A stretch of 64,000 nt of DNA, from NCBI GenBank assembly GCA_963677745.1, contig OY782391.1:640001-704000 (forward strand). Direction: 5' to 3'. The DNA comes from Candidatus Altimarinota bacterium. GTDB lineage: Bacteria; Patescibacteriota; Gracilibacteria; UBA1369. Below are positions 9,935 to 20,475 of this stretch, in pieces. The position numbers and the translations under genes are program-made. Each line of letters opens with the position of its first letter. Positions within the stretch are counted from its first letter, which is position 1. A model generated the notes under the pieces. The model was not told where the DNA came from and did no database searches. It was given only the letters and a program-made list of their open reading frames with translations.

Positions 9935-12724
9935 TTGTTAGACCAAAAAAAAGCCCGCTCCATCATGCAAGGACTGCGCCGCATCAGGGAAAAACATTTC
10001 ACCAATGAACACGGTTATACCGATTGGAAAAAAATCGGCATTATAAGTGCCATCAGTCTGGGATCCTTCATCGTATTCTGTGGTTTGATGTTTGCTGCCG
10101 CCATTGCCCTTCTTTCCATCGGACTGCCTGATGTCCGCGACCTGGACAAGCTGGCTGTTGCCCAATCCACCACCATCTACGACCGCGAAGGTAATATCCT
10201 CTATGTGAAATTCGGGGAAGAAAATCGTGAATACAAAAAACTTAATCAAATTTCCCCCAATCTGGTCAAAGCCACTATTGCCATCGAAGACGACCAGTTC
10301 TACAACCACCCCGGGTTTGACCTGTTCGGCTTTGTCCGTGCCGCCTTTCACAACATCACCGGCGGCAGCCAGCAGGGAGGTTCCACCATCACCCAGCAAT
10401 ACATCAAACTGACCTTCCTTTCCTCGGAAAAATCCTACATCAGAAAAATCAAGGAATTAATTCTGGCAGTCCGTCTGGAGGAAGCCTTCGACAAAGACAC
10501 CATCCTGGAAAAATATCTTAACAAAATTCCTTACGGCAATAACGCTTTCGGCGTGGAAAAAGCCGCCCAGAATTATTACAACAAATCTGCCAAAGATCTC
10601 ACACTGGGAGAATCAGCCATTTTGGCAGCCATTCCACAGGCCCCCAGTTATTACAACCCCTACGGTCCCAACAAATATTCCCGTCTTTCCAAAAGCCTCG
10701 ATCCCGAACAACTGGCCAACCGTAATATCGACAACCAGTCCGACCTGGGCAGCGATGAAGTCAAAACCGGTTTGATCGGACAATACGTGGATGTCGGCAA
10801 TGATAAGAAGGTTTATCTGCAGGGACGGTCCGACCTGGTTTTACGCCGCATGGTCGAAACCAGTGTGATTTCCGAAGAAGAAAAAGACCAGGCCCTGGAG
10901 GAAATTCACAGTTTGGACTTTACTCCGACCAAACAGGACATTAAGGCTCCTCACTTTGTGCTGGAGTATGTAATCCAGCAGCTTGAGGAAAAATACGGCA
11001 AAGACCTGCTGGAACAGGGTGGCCTGAAAGTCTACACCACTCTCGATCCCAAGCTGCAGGAATACGCCGAACAGGCTATCGAATCCCGCTCCAAAAATTA
11101 TCAGGAAAAATATAACGTGAAAAACGCTGCACTGATTGCCATGAACCCCCAAAACGGGCAAATCCTGGCCATGGTCGGTTCACGCGATTATTTTGACAAG
11201 GAGATCGATGGAAAAACCAACATTGTTACCAGCTACAGGCAGCCCGGATCTTCCTTCAAACCAATCGTTTACGCCGCAGCCTTCCTTAACCGTTATTCTC
11301 CCGCTTCTGTCATTTTCGACGCACCAACACCTTTTGGATCGAGCTGGCCAAAGAACTTCGACGGGAAATTCCAGGGACCCATCACACTCAGAAAAGCGCT
11401 CGGCCAGTCCCGCAACATCCCCGCCATCAAAGCGTATTTTCTGGCCGGAGAGCAGGAACAGATTCAACCGCTGGCCAAAAAACTAGGTGTAGACTTTATG
11501 GATGAGAACGCCACCTACGGCTATCCAATGGCCCTGGGAGCGGGCGAAGTCACACTGCTCAGTCTGACCAACGCCTTTGGTACTTTTGCCAACGGCGGGC
11601 TGCATTACGCTCCCGTGTCCATACTGCGGGTGGAAAACGCCCAGGGAGAAGTCCTGGAAGAATGGCAGGATCAAAAAGGTGAAGAAGCTCTTGATCCCCA
11701 GATCGCCTATTTGGTCACCAGCGTCCTCTCCGACCGTTCGGTCAACGTCGGACCGAATCTTAACGTCGAAGGGCAAATCAACGCCGCAAAAACCGGTACC
11801 TCCAACCGCAAGGTCGGTTCCCAGTATCTTCCCCACGATCTGCTTACTCTGGGCTACACCACGCAACTGGTTACCGGCGTCTGGGCGGGCAACAATGACG
11901 ACCGCAAGGACGGCGCCTTAAATTTCTCGGCAGACGGCTACAACGTAGCCGCGCCCATTTTTAAGGAATTCATGGAAAAATCACTGGCCAGCGCACCCGC
12001 AGAAGACTTCCCGATTCCGGAAGGAATTAAACAGGAAACCGTCTCCAAATACAGCGGCAAACTGGTTTCCGATCTCACCCCCACCGATCAGCAGATAACC
12101 GATTTCTTCGCCAGTTTTTCAGTACCCACCGAAATCGACGACAGTTATTCCGGCACTCCCGACTTCACCGCCACCGAATCCCTGAACGCCAATCCCTGTA
12201 GCGCCGGACAGGCTCAAAAACGCAACCAGGTGGTTCTTCATGACATTGATCCGACCAGAGAAATCTGGGAAAAAGCCGCCCAGGACTGGCTCAAGGAAAA
12301 CAGTTCGATTCTGGCCGATCAGACCGGTTCCGTCAGTTGTGAAACTGTACCAACCGACGATCAGCCAACCGTCAGATTTAAAAATCTGCAGGAAGGTGAT
12401 TATGTGGGAGAAAAAAACCTGACAGTGGAAATCCAGACAACCGGCAAAAATAAAATAGTCCAGGCGGCCTACTATCTGAATAATACCCTCCAATACAAAC
12501 AGGACTCCGCCCCCTTTTCCGGAAATGTCCGCCTGCCCAGAAATGCCGGCGATAAATTTCAGACCCTCACGGTCAGAGTCTTTGACAGCGAGGGTAGAAT
12601 CGGAGAATCCCAAATTCATATTCATACCGCACCCACACCTCCTCTCGACGGTCCGGCGCCTGTCACCCCGGTCACCCCTCCCGAAACCGCCCCCTCCTCC
12701 GAAATTAGCCCACCCACACCCTAA
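9935..12724 (+). CDS. Bifunctional class A penicillin-binding protein (GT51 + transpeptidase, C-terminal Ig-like domain and Pro-rich tail)
   Basis: N-terminal TM; EDDQFYNHPG, GGSTITQQ, RKIKE; SSFK (SxxK), SRN, KTG. Start codon uncertain (TTG 9935 or ATG 9965). Confidence 0.95.
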   Translation: MLDQKKARSIMQGLRRIREKHFTNEHGYTDWKKIGIISAISLGSFIVFCGLMFAAAIALLSIGLPDVRDLDKLAVAQSTTIYDREGNILYVKFGEENREYKKLNQISPNLVKATIAIEDDQFYNHPGFDLFGFVRAAFHNITGGSQQGGSTITQQYIKLTFLSSEKSYIRKIKELILAVRLEEAFDKDTILEKYLNKIPYGNNAFGVEKAAQNYYNKSAKDLTLGESAILAAIPQAPSYYNPYGPNKYSRLSKSLDPEQLANRNIDNQSDLGSDEVKTGLIGQYVDVGNDKKVYLQGRSDLVLRRMVETSVISEEEKDQALEEIHSLDFTPTKQDIKAPHFVLEYVIQQLEEKYGKDLLEQGGLKVYTTLDPKLQEYAEQAIESRSKNYQEKYNVKNAALIAMNPQNGQILAMVGSRDYFDKEIDGKTNIVTSYRQPGSSFKPIVYAAAFLNRYSPASVIFDAPTPFGSSWPKNFDGKFQGPITLRKALGQSRNIPAIKAYFLAGEQEQIQPLAKKLGVDFMDENATYGYPMALGAGEVTLLSLTNAFGTFANGGLHYAPVSILRVENAQGEVLEEWQDQKGEEALDPQIAYLVTSVLSDRSVNVGPNLNVEGQINAAKTGTSNRKVGSQYLPHDLLTLGYTTQLVTGVWAGNNDDRKDGALNFSADGYNVAAPIFKEFMEKSLASAPAEDFPIPEGIKQETVSKYSGKLVSDLTPTDQQITDFFASFSVPTEIDDSYSGTPDFTATESLNANPCSAGQAQKRNQVVLHDIDPTREIWEKAAQDWLKENSSILADQTGSVSCETVPTDDQPTVRFKNLQEGDYVGEKNLTVEIQTTGKNKIVQAAYYLNNTLQYKQDSAPFSGNVRLPRNAGDKFQTLTVRVFDSEGRIGESQIHIHTAPTPPLDGPAPVTPVTPPETAPSSEISPPTP

Positions 12725-13516
12725 ATGTTTTTGCAAAAAACGCACATCTTCCTGCTGATCAGCCTGGTTTTGACGGGCTGTCTGGCCACCTCCTTCCCCG
12801 AAACCGAACCGGCCTCCTCACCCGGCACAGGCCTTAGTTTAAACGAATTGAATATTTCGGGAAAAAACTTTCTGATAGTTAAAATTGATCCTGCTCTCTA
12901 CCGGCTTAAAATAATCGAAAATACCCCTCCCCCGGACAGTAAAAACATCCGGGACATTCATCTGGAAAAAAAGTCTCCGCTCAGTTTCAACGGCAGTTTC
13001 TTCAGCCAGGATTTTCAACCCCTCGGGTTACTGGTATCGGAAGGCAAATTGCTTTTTCCCCTCAACAAATCGGACCTGATGAACGGCCTGTTTACCATCA
13101 ATCAAAAAGGACAACCGGAACTTTTGGAATTTCAGCAGTTTCAGAAAAATCAAAACAACATTCTTCCTTCTCTTGACTTTGCCATACAGAGCGGCCCAAT
13201 TTTGATCGACGGCAACGGAAAAATCACGGCTGACCGGAAAAACGCCAAAAAAGCGGGCCGAACAGCCATCGGTCTGGACAAAGCCAACAACCTTATAGTA
13301 ATAATGCTTCGACAAACCCTGCTGGACCAGGAAAACGCCCTCAGCCTTTATGATTTTGCGGAACTGCTGGAAAATTCCCCACAACTCGGCCCCCTGGGCC
13401 TTCATTCGGTATTAAATCTGGACGGCGGTAATTCCTCGGGACTAGCCATCAACAACCAATACTATCCGGAGCTGGAAAAAGTCCAAAACATCATAATTTC
13501 GGAAAGCCGATCCTGA
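12725..13516 (+). CDS. Lipoprotein, phosphodiester glycosidase (NAGPA/DUF2233) family
   Basis: Lipobox LTGC; NGSFF, QSGPILI, RTAIG, LNLDGGNSS motifs. Confidence 0.85.
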   Translation: MFLQKTHIFLLISLVLTGCLATSFPETEPASSPGTGLSLNELNISGKNFLIVKIDPALYRLKIIENTPPPDSKNIRDIHLEKKSPLSFNGSFFSQDFQPLGLLVSEGKLLFPLNKSDLMNGLFTINQKGQPELLEFQQFQKNQNNILPSLDFAIQSGPILIDGNGKITADRKNAKKAGRTAIGLDKANNLIVIMLRQTLLDQENALSLYDFAELLENSPQLGPLGLHSVLNLDGGNSSGLAINNQYYPELEKVQNIIISESRS

Positions 13517-13518
13517 AT

Positions 13519-14550
13519 ATGTTAAAAAACATTTTTGTTATCAGCGACGTTGAGCTTGGTCAGGGAGACATTTTTGATGATTTCAAGGACGAACATCTCC
13601 TGATCGGCTTTCTTAAAAAGATCACACAGGAGAAAGGCAAAAACATACTGATCCTGAACGGAGACACTTTCGATTTTTTAAAGATGCATTATCAGGGACG
13701 GTTCACCCATCATATCACCGAAGAAATTTCTGTCTGGAAAATGCAGCGCATCATTGAAACTTATCCGCGGATCTTCCAGACACTCCGTGAATTTCTTAAT
13801 AAATCCGCCAACGAAATCCATTTTATTATCGGCAACCACGACTACGATCTGCACTGGCCCGGCGTCCAGAAACTCTTGCAGCAAACGCTTGGCCATCCAA
13901 ACAAGATTACTTTCGGCGGAAGCTTTGATACCAAAGAACTTCATGTGGAACACGGCAATCAGGTCGATTATTTCTACAAGTTCACCGATGAAAACCCTTT
14001 TCTTAAACACCGCGGTAAAGTTCTGTTAAACCTGCCTTTCGGCAACATGGTCGTGACCAGATACTTCATCGAGCTTAAACGTCTTTTTCCTTTGGAAGAG
14101 AGATATCCTCGCCATCAGGCCTTTGATAACTTTCCGGCTTTCGCCAAAATGAAACAGAAGATAGCCTATAATTTTATAATTAAAGGGATCTTTTTAAACT
14201 TTATCCTCAGCCTGGGAGATCCGATTGCCAGCGTCCCCTACCTCAATCTGATTAAACACGTCTTCACGCATGGTCTGGAACTGCATGACGAAATGAAATT
14301 CATAAAAAAGCGTTTCAAGAGTATGATCAAACTCTATCCGGGCAGACAAGCCTACATCATGGGACATCTTCACATTACCCACCATGAAGTAAACGCGGCT
14401 AAAAATCATATTCAAATCGTCACCAATACCTGGAGAGAGGAATATGACATCTCCAGGAACAAGGAGCACGTCTTAAAACCCAAAACATACGCCCAGATTA
14501 CCTATGAAAACGACCAGCTGCAAAAAGTTGATTTATTAACATATTCCTGA
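13519..14550 (+). CDS. Calcineurin-like metallophosphoesterase
   Basis: ISD.., NGDTFD, GNHD, EHGN, GHLH motifs; the first motif is DVE rather than DxH. Confidence 0.85.
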   Translation: MLKNIFVISDVELGQGDIFDDFKDEHLLIGFLKKITQEKGKNILILNGDTFDFLKMHYQGRFTHHITEEISVWKMQRIIETYPRIFQTLREFLNKSANEIHFIIGNHDYDLHWPGVQKLLQQTLGHPNKITFGGSFDTKELHVEHGNQVDYFYKFTDENPFLKHRGKVLLNLPFGNMVVTRYFIELKRLFPLEERYPRHQAFDNFPAFAKMKQKIAYNFIIKGIFLNFILSLGDPIASVPYLNLIKHVFTHGLELHDEMKFIKKRFKSMIKLYPGRQAYIMGHLHITHHEVNAAKNHIQIVTNTWREEYDISRNKEHVLKPKTYAQITYENDQLQKVDLLTYS

Positions 14551-15119
14551 TGCAAATCCAATCAGCCAGCTACCTGAAATCCGTAGTTCCGGGAGCGGAA
14601 CTCCCCTACGAAAAATACCCGATTTACGCCTTCATCGGACGATCCAATGTCGGTAAGTCAACTTTTATAAATGCCGTCACCGGTCAAAAGGGCCTTTGCC
14701 GCACCGGCTCCACCCCGGGCGTAACCAGAAAAGTGAACCTTTACCTGATTAACAAAAAAATACTTTTTGCCGACCTTCCCGGTTACGGTTTTTCCAAACT
14801 GGGACTTAGAGAACGCCGTGAACTGATTGAACTGATCTTCTGGTTTCTCAGTCACCCCGAAAACAATTTCCGGCAGATTTATCTGCTTCTGGACGCTAAA
14901 ATCGGGCCCACCACCCAGGATCTGGAAATTATGGACTATCTTCAGGAAAGCCGGCTCCCCTTCTTTATCATTCTTTCCAAAGTCGACAAACTCACTTATT
15001 CCCGGAAATTACAGCAGATTCACAGTCTTTCCAACCGTTTTCCCAGTCACAAAATTATCCCCTTTTCCGCCACAACCAGAGAGGGTCTGCCGGAAATGCT
15101 GAAAAATCTTGACCTCTAG
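14550..15119 (+). CDS. engB: Ribosome biogenesis GTPase EngB/YihA/YsxC
   Basis: GRSNVGKS, TPGVT, DLPGYG, SKVDK, FSA. Confidence 0.95.
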   Translation: MQIQSASYLKSVVPGAELPYEKYPIYAFIGRSNVGKSTFINAVTGQKGLCRTGSTPGVTRKVNLYLINKKILFADLPGYGFSKLGLRERRELIELIFWFLSHPENNFRQIYLLLDAKIGPTTQDLEIMDYLQESRLPFFIILSKVDKLTYSRKLQQIHSLSNRFPSHKIIPFSATTREGLPEMLKNLDL

Positions 15120-15207
15120 CCATTTGCCCAACCGACTTGGATCAAAACATTATTCTTACATTTTGTCAAAGTTCGTGCTAAAATAGTTAGATTTATTAAT
15201 AAATCTG

Positions 15208-16914
15208 ATGCACGATCAAGCCTTTATAGAACTTAGCCTGGTCATTCTGACTACCCTGGTAATCTGTGGGGCCTTCAGGATGCTGAAACAGCCGATCATG
15301 ATCGGCTATATAGTTTCAGGTATTGTACTCAGCCCCAATCTTCTGGGTTTTCTTAAGAACAGTGAGGGCTTATCCACTTTTTCGCAGATCGGCATCAGTT
15401 TTCTGCTTTTCATGGTGGGGCTGGGCCTCAACCCCAAACACATCAGGGATATAGGTAAAACCGCCGTGTTCACCACCCTGGTCCAAATGTTCCTCTCCGG
15501 CGGATTTTTTTTCCTGCTTAGCCTGCTTTTTGGTTTCAACACAACCACTGCCCTTTATCTTGGACTCGGTTTGAGTTTCAGTTCGACCATCGTTATTATG
15601 AAAATCCTCACCGACAAACTGAGCCTGGAAACCCTGCCCGGAAAAATTGCCATCGGTATTTTGATTATCCAGGACCTTCTGGCAATGATAGCTCTGATGA
15701 CCATCTCGGCCATCGCCAAAGACGGCAATCTAATGTCCACCATTATCGAAACTGCCGGGAAAGGGCTGGTTCTGGGCGTAACATTGATACTGATCAGCAC
15801 AAAAATACTGCCGGTTCTGGCCAGAAAAATCGCCAGTTCTCAGGAAATGCTGCTGCTATTTTCGATTGCCTGGTGTATGGCGGTAGCCAGCCTGTTTTAT
15901 CTGATGGATTTCTCCATAGAGATTGGGGCTCTGCTCGCAGGAATAACCCTTTCGCTATCTCCCTACCGTTATGAAATCAGCGCAAAGATGCGCCCACTGC
16001 GTGATTTTTTCATCATGCTGTTTTTTGTGTTTTTAGGCTCACAAATGGTATTTGGCGAGATTGTTCCTTTGCTCCTGCCGACTCTGGTTTTTACAATTTT
16101 GGTCTTGGTACTCAATCCACTGATTATAACTTTTCTGATGGGCAGAATCGGGTATACAAAAAAGACCAGTTTTCTGGCCGGCATCAATTTCAGCCAGATC
16201 AGTGAGTTTTCTTTAATTGTCGCTACTCTTGGTGTTAAAGTCGGTCACCTGGACCAGAAAATCCTTTCCCTGCTGACGCTGATTGCCCTGTTAACCATCA
16301 CCGGTTCCACCTACTTCATCAATTATTCGGAAAAAGTTTATCGACGGATTAGCCGGCAGCTCGATATTTTCGAGAAAAAAGGCCCCAAAATAGACCAGCA
16401 AAGAAAACGGGCCGGCCGGGAACATGAGATCATCCTGATTGGTTACGGCAGAATGGGAATTTCCCTGGTTGAATCCTTTAAACTCTTGGGAAAAAGCTAC
16501 TTTATAGTCGACTATGATCCACAGGTTATTCAGGACCTGGAAAGTCAGCATGTGGACTGCCTCTATGCGGACATCAGCAATCTTGACACCTACGACGAAA
16601 TTAATTTCAACCAGGCCAAAATGGTCATTTCTACCGTTAAGGACTTTGACACGAATCTGCTTCTGATTAATTCCATCAAAAAAGTAAACAAAGAAGCCAT
16701 TATTCTCACACTCTCACACCAGATCGACGAATCGATCAGACTATATGAACAGGGGGCCAATTATGTGATCATGCCCTTCCAGATCGGCGGACACCAGACG
16801 TCTTCCATGATTGCGGAATACGGTTTCGACATACAAAAATTCTTGATTGAAAAAAATCAGCATATTAGTAGACTGTTAATCAGAAAAGCCCTGAAAAAAA
16901 CATCCTATTTCTAA
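15208..16914 (+). CDS. CPA2 cation:proton antiporter with C-terminal KTN/TrkA-N domain (Kef-like)
   Basis: Many TM segments; LLFMVGL, FSSTIVIMK, LIIQD, SQISEFS; C-terminal IGYGRMG Rossmann motif. Confidence 0.92.
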   Translation: MHDQAFIELSLVILTTLVICGAFRMLKQPIMIGYIVSGIVLSPNLLGFLKNSEGLSTFSQIGISFLLFMVGLGLNPKHIRDIGKTAVFTTLVQMFLSGGFFFLLSLLFGFNTTTALYLGLGLSFSSTIVIMKILTDKLSLETLPGKIAIGILIIQDLLAMIALMTISAIAKDGNLMSTIIETAGKGLVLGVTLILISTKILPVLARKIASSQEMLLLFSIAWCMAVASLFYLMDFSIEIGALLAGITLSLSPYRYEISAKMRPLRDFFIMLFFVFLGSQMVFGEIVPLLLPTLVFTILVLVLNPLIITFLMGRIGYTKKTSFLAGINFSQISEFSLIVATLGVKVGHLDQKILSLLTLIALLTITGSTYFINYSEKVYRRISRQLDIFEKKGPKIDQQRKRAGREHEIILIGYGRMGISLVESFKLLGKSYFIVDYDPQVIQDLESQHVDCLYADISNLDTYDEINFNQAKMVISTVKDFDTNLLLINSIKKVNKEAIILTLSHQIDESIRLYEQGANYVIMPFQIGGHQTSSMIAEYGFDIQKFLIEKNQHISRLLIRKALKKTSYF

Positions 16915-16919
16915 ACCGC

Positions 16920-17279
16920 ATGCCCCCCAAAACCAATCACAAAAAGCCTCTTACAAAAGAGGATTTTCCTTTTTATATTATCAACCTGCAACGACACCTG
17001 GAGAGGATCTTTGATCTGTGGACTATCAAAAAACCTTCGCTCAAAATTCAATTTAAGCGCAGCCTGATTTTTGTTAGCTGCCTGGTCATCACCCTTTTCT
17101 GGCCGGTCAATAACCTCCTCACCAACCTTCTGATTCTTGTTCTGGCCTGGACGATACTCTGCCTTACCTCTCAACCGGTTTCACGCTGGCTGCTCATGTT
17201 AAACTTGATGCTTAACATCTCCTGGCTCTACTTCTTAATGAAATTTCTCTTGTCTCTGACCGGATCAGAACCTCTTTAA
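16920..17279 (+). CDS. Small hypothetical membrane protein
   Basis: 119 aa with about three hydrophobic segments; starts 5 nt after the antiporter stop. Confidence 0.55.
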   Translation: MPPKTNHKKPLTKEDFPFYIINLQRHLERIFDLWTIKKPSLKIQFKRSLIFVSCLVITLFWPVNNLLTNLLILVLAWTILCLTSQPVSRWLLMLNLMLNISWLYFLMKFLLSLTGSEPL

Positions 17280-17284
17280 AGATT

Positions 17285-20200
17285 CTATTTCTGGTCTTTC
17301 TTTTCCTTATCATCATCCTTGCCCAGAACAAAGATATAAAGACCTCCGCCCACCATTACCAGCACCGTCAACAGACCAATCCAGAAGGGCCAGGGCTGCT
17401 TTGAAACGAACTCAGTAATCCCCTTGGTAACGGCTGTCACCGACTCCTTGCCTACTTCTGCCGCCGGTTTTTCCGGGCCAATCAACCCCAGGTCAAAATT
17501 GATCTTAATGGTTTTACTCATGGCATTGTCACGCTTTCTAACCGTCTGTACATACACGGTATGACGACCGGCTGACAACAGCGGTGCTTTCATATTAAAA
17601 ACGCCGTCAGTCGTATCCACAATCAAGGCAGAGGACACCACCAGACTCTGCCAGGTAACATTAACTTTACTGCCAAACTCGGAAAGAGTACCGGTCAAAA
17701 CCGGCCTGCCATCTTTCGAATCAATTTTCAAAACCACCTTCTTTACCAGCACTTCATCCGTAATCGGTACATTTTCCAGTTTTTCCGGTCTGGCCGCCGC
17801 CACCTCCAGGCTGCTGTCAATAATTATTTTGACGGGTTGTGAAACGTACACATCTCCCTTGTCTATGGCACGAGCCACCAGAAAATATGTTCCGTCCTTG
17901 ATTTCTATAGACGGGATATAAACAAAATTCCCCTTGGCGTCGGTCTGTGTTTCGCCCATCATCAACTCACTGCCAAATTCATTGCGCAACAACATCTGAA
18001 TTTTCACAATATTGTCACCGATACCGGCCGGACCTATTCCCCTGATCAAGGGTGAGGTATCCCCAACCACCTGTCCATACTGGAAATTATTAATAATAAC
18101 CTGAGTGTTGGCCTTCTCGCCGGGATCAAGCGCATCATTGGGATTGGACAAATATCCATACAACTCTTCACTATCGGTAAATCCATCCTGATCAGAATCA
18201 AGCCTGGTCGGATCGGTTGCATAAATATATTCGAGTTTATCGGCAACCCCGTCCCCATCCGTATCCTGCGAACCATCCTTAACCTGAATATTATATTTTA
18301 TTTCCCACTCATCGGATATTCCGTTGGAATTTTTATCTTCAGGTATTGAGGCTTTATCAAGAGGATCACTACCCTCTTTGATTTCATCCGCATCGCTAAA
18401 ATTGTCCTCATCAGAATCGTAAAGATTGGGATCGGTTTTAAATTTTAAAATTTCATCACCATCACTCACCCCATCCTCGTCGGTATCCACTTTATTGGGA
18501 TTGGTTTTATACTTAATTACTTCCTCACCATCCTGCAAAGCGTCCTCATCCGAGTCGGACAAAACCGGGCTGGTAAAATAAGTCAGATTTTCATCAACGT
18601 TTAACAGTCCGTCCGTGTCCGTATCGGCAGAAATACTGACGTCAATTTTCTTGTCTCTGATATAAGCGTTAAAACTGTCCAGATAGGCATTGACTTCAAC
18701 CAGCGTCGGATTGTCATCCGGCTTTAAATCACTGCCTGGTGTACAGTCTATCAACTCCAGTTCACAAACTTTGTTTAAAACTATCGGGTAATACCAGTGA
18801 GCATCATCCTGATCAGGCCGGACATCGGCAAAAGGCGTTTTTTGGGCTTTTATCAATTCCCAAGCCTGTTCAGTCAAAGCATGAGCTACCCTAATTGTTG
18901 AAAAAAGAGGAGTCGGTATATAAGACTGTAAAGCCTGGTTTTGAGACGCGCTCATTTTGGAAAGCAGGCTGGCGGCATAAATCTCCCTGTAAAAAAGCGA
19001 CGAATAGTCAATTTGCCCGGCTTTATAATCCGGACTGGATTTTTCCAGAAGGGCCAGAGCAACCGTCATTATTTTCAGGGCTTCTATCCTCAAAATCGGC
19101 TTCCCAGGGAGATAAGGACTGTTCTCAATTCCATAGAACCCCTGTACCAGACCAATCAAGGCCATATTATTGATAATTTTTTCCTCGGGAAGACCGGCCG
19201 TATCCGGAAACAAATTTAACGGATCCAGACTTAATTTTGGATTACGGCTATACATTCTAAAAATAGTGGTACAGTTTTCCAAATCAGCATAACACTTGTC
19301 CAGTAATGGCTTGCGAAGTTCCAAGATATTCATCTTTTCGGCAATCATTTTTACAATGGCCGATCTGGAAGTCCCTCCCGCCGGAGTCGTCAGTTCTTTC
19401 TCGGTAAAGACTTCAGACAAGGGCTTAACTTCGGACAGAGATACCGGTTTTTCCAGAGGTGCATATAATTCGCTTTCAGTTGGAATCTCGGGAATGGTCG
19501 GTTCCTCAGTCAAAACGTTTTCCGGCGTTTGGGAACTGGAAGGCAACTGATCGGGAGTCTGTGAACCGGAAATCACCACCTCGGGATTCTCAGCCGGCAC
19601 CTCGGAAGTGGACTCGGAAGGCTGATCAGTCGTTGGTTCGTCCGGAGGGATCTCCTCAGAAAGCGTCTGTTCGGGAGGTGGTTCCTCGGTAGGGGGAATT
19701 TCTTCAATGATTGGTTCAACCGGAAGCTCTTCCGGAGGAATAATTTCCTCGGGAGGAATGTCTTCTGCCGGAGGAGGCGTTTCTTCTTCCGGGGGAATGG
19801 TTTCTTCTGGCGGAGTTGTTTCTTCTTCTGGCGGCGTTATTTCTTCTTCCGGGGGGGGGACCTCTTCCTCCGGCGGAGTAACCGGCGGCTCAACATAAAT
19901 AACTGTCCCGCCTCCTCCCCCACCGCTTCTGCCGATATCTATCAGTGCAGGAGTAGAGTCAGCTCCTGCATAATTGGCATAAACTCTCACCCGATACCTC
20001 GACACGCCCAAAGAATCCTCTGGATACAACCATCCTGTTTCCGTCGTAATACTTGCCGCCAAAGTACCATCGAGATCGCCATCAATATCATCCGTCACTC
20101 TCCAATGTACAATTGGATCACAATTGGCCAAGGTTGGATCAATAAGCGGATCGCAATTAAATATCCTGTCAGGGATGGTCGTTCCTGGATAATCATAATG

Positions 20201-20422
20201 AGCGGTTAGAGTAAAATATCTTTTATGTGTTATCCCCTCAATAATCGTTATTCCGGTCGGAGAAACCTCCATCGAAGTCGGTTTCAATCTTAAATCAATC
20301 TCAACACGTGTTTCCTCTGCTTTAACCACCGCCGGCACAATCAACAAAAAACATATCGCCATTAACGATATTCTGGAAATGAACGCGGAATTTTTATTTT
20401 TGTTCATGAACCACACCACCAT
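17285..20422 (-). CDS. Membrane-anchored surface protein: Pro/Glu-rich linker, SLH-like segments, Ca-binding DxDxDG (TSP3-like) repeats, Ig-like domains, C-terminal TM
   Basis: Signal peptide ending VKA (likely start MNKNKNS at 20407); PPEEE repeats; FPD..GLVQG..PILRIEALKI and FADV..HWYY SLH-like segments; DTDTDGL/DSDEDAL/DTDEDGV repeats; TM followed by charged tail. Confidence 0.8.
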   Translation of the reverse strand: MVVWFMNKNKNSAFISRISLMAICFLLIVPAVVKAEETRVEIDLRLKPTSMEVSPTGITIIEGITHKRYFTLTAHYDYPGTTIPDRIFNCDPLIDPTLANCDPIVHWRVTDDIDGDLDGTLAASITTETGWLYPEDSLGVSRYRVRVYANYAGADSTPALIDIGRSGGGGGGTVIYVEPPVTPPEEEVPPPEEEITPPEEETTPPEETIPPEEETPPPAEDIPPEEIIPPEELPVEPIIEEIPPTEEPPPEQTLSEEIPPDEPTTDQPSESTSEVPAENPEVVISGSQTPDQLPSSSQTPENVLTEEPTIPEIPTESELYAPLEKPVSLSEVKPLSEVFTEKELTTPAGGTSRSAIVKMIAEKMNILELRKPLLDKCYADLENCTTIFRMYSRNPKLSLDPLNLFPDTAGLPEEKIINNMALIGLVQGFYGIENSPYLPGKPILRIEALKIMTVALALLEKSSPDYKAGQIDYSSLFYREIYAASLLSKMSASQNQALQSYIPTPLFSTIRVAHALTEQAWELIKAQKTPFADVRPDQDDAHWYYPIVLNKVCELELIDCTPGSDLKPDDNPTLVEVNAYLDSFNAYIRDKKIDVSISADTDTDGLLNVDENLTYFTSPVLSDSDEDALQDGEEVIKYKTNPNKVDTDEDGVSDGDEILKFKTDPNLYDSDEDNFSDADEIKEGSDPLDKASIPEDKNSNGISDEWEIKYNIQVKDGSQDTDGDGVADKLEYIYATDPTRLDSDQDGFTDSEELYGYLSNPNDALDPGEKANTQVIINNFQYGQVVGDTSPLIRGIGPAGIGDNIVKIQMLLRNEFGSELMMGETQTDAKGNFVYIPSIEIKDGTYFLVARAIDKGDVYVSQPVKIIIDSSLEVAAARPEKLENVPITDEVLVKKVVLKIDSKDGRPVLTGTLSEFGSKVNVTWQSLVVSSALIVDTTDGVFNMKAPLLSAGRHTVYVQTVRKRDNAMSKTIKINFDLGLIGPEKPAAEVGKESVTAVTKGITEFVSKQPWPFWIGLLTVLVMVGGGLYIFVLGKDDDKEKKDQK
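19707..19890 (-). repeat. Imperfect tandem repeat encoding PPEE(E) units
   Basis: PPEEEVPPPEEEITPPEEETTPPEETIPPEEETPPPAEDIPPEEIIPPEE in the minus-strand CDS. Confidence 0.8.
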
Positions 20423-20475
20423 TATTTTTGTTTTGTTGTTTATATTTTAGCACAGCCGGCGAACAGAATAAACCT

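Noticed and set aside
20415-20429. CCACCATTATTTTT matching the 3' flank of the tRNA-like RNA
   Set aside because: Short, AT-rich, with no cloverleaf upstream; likely chance.
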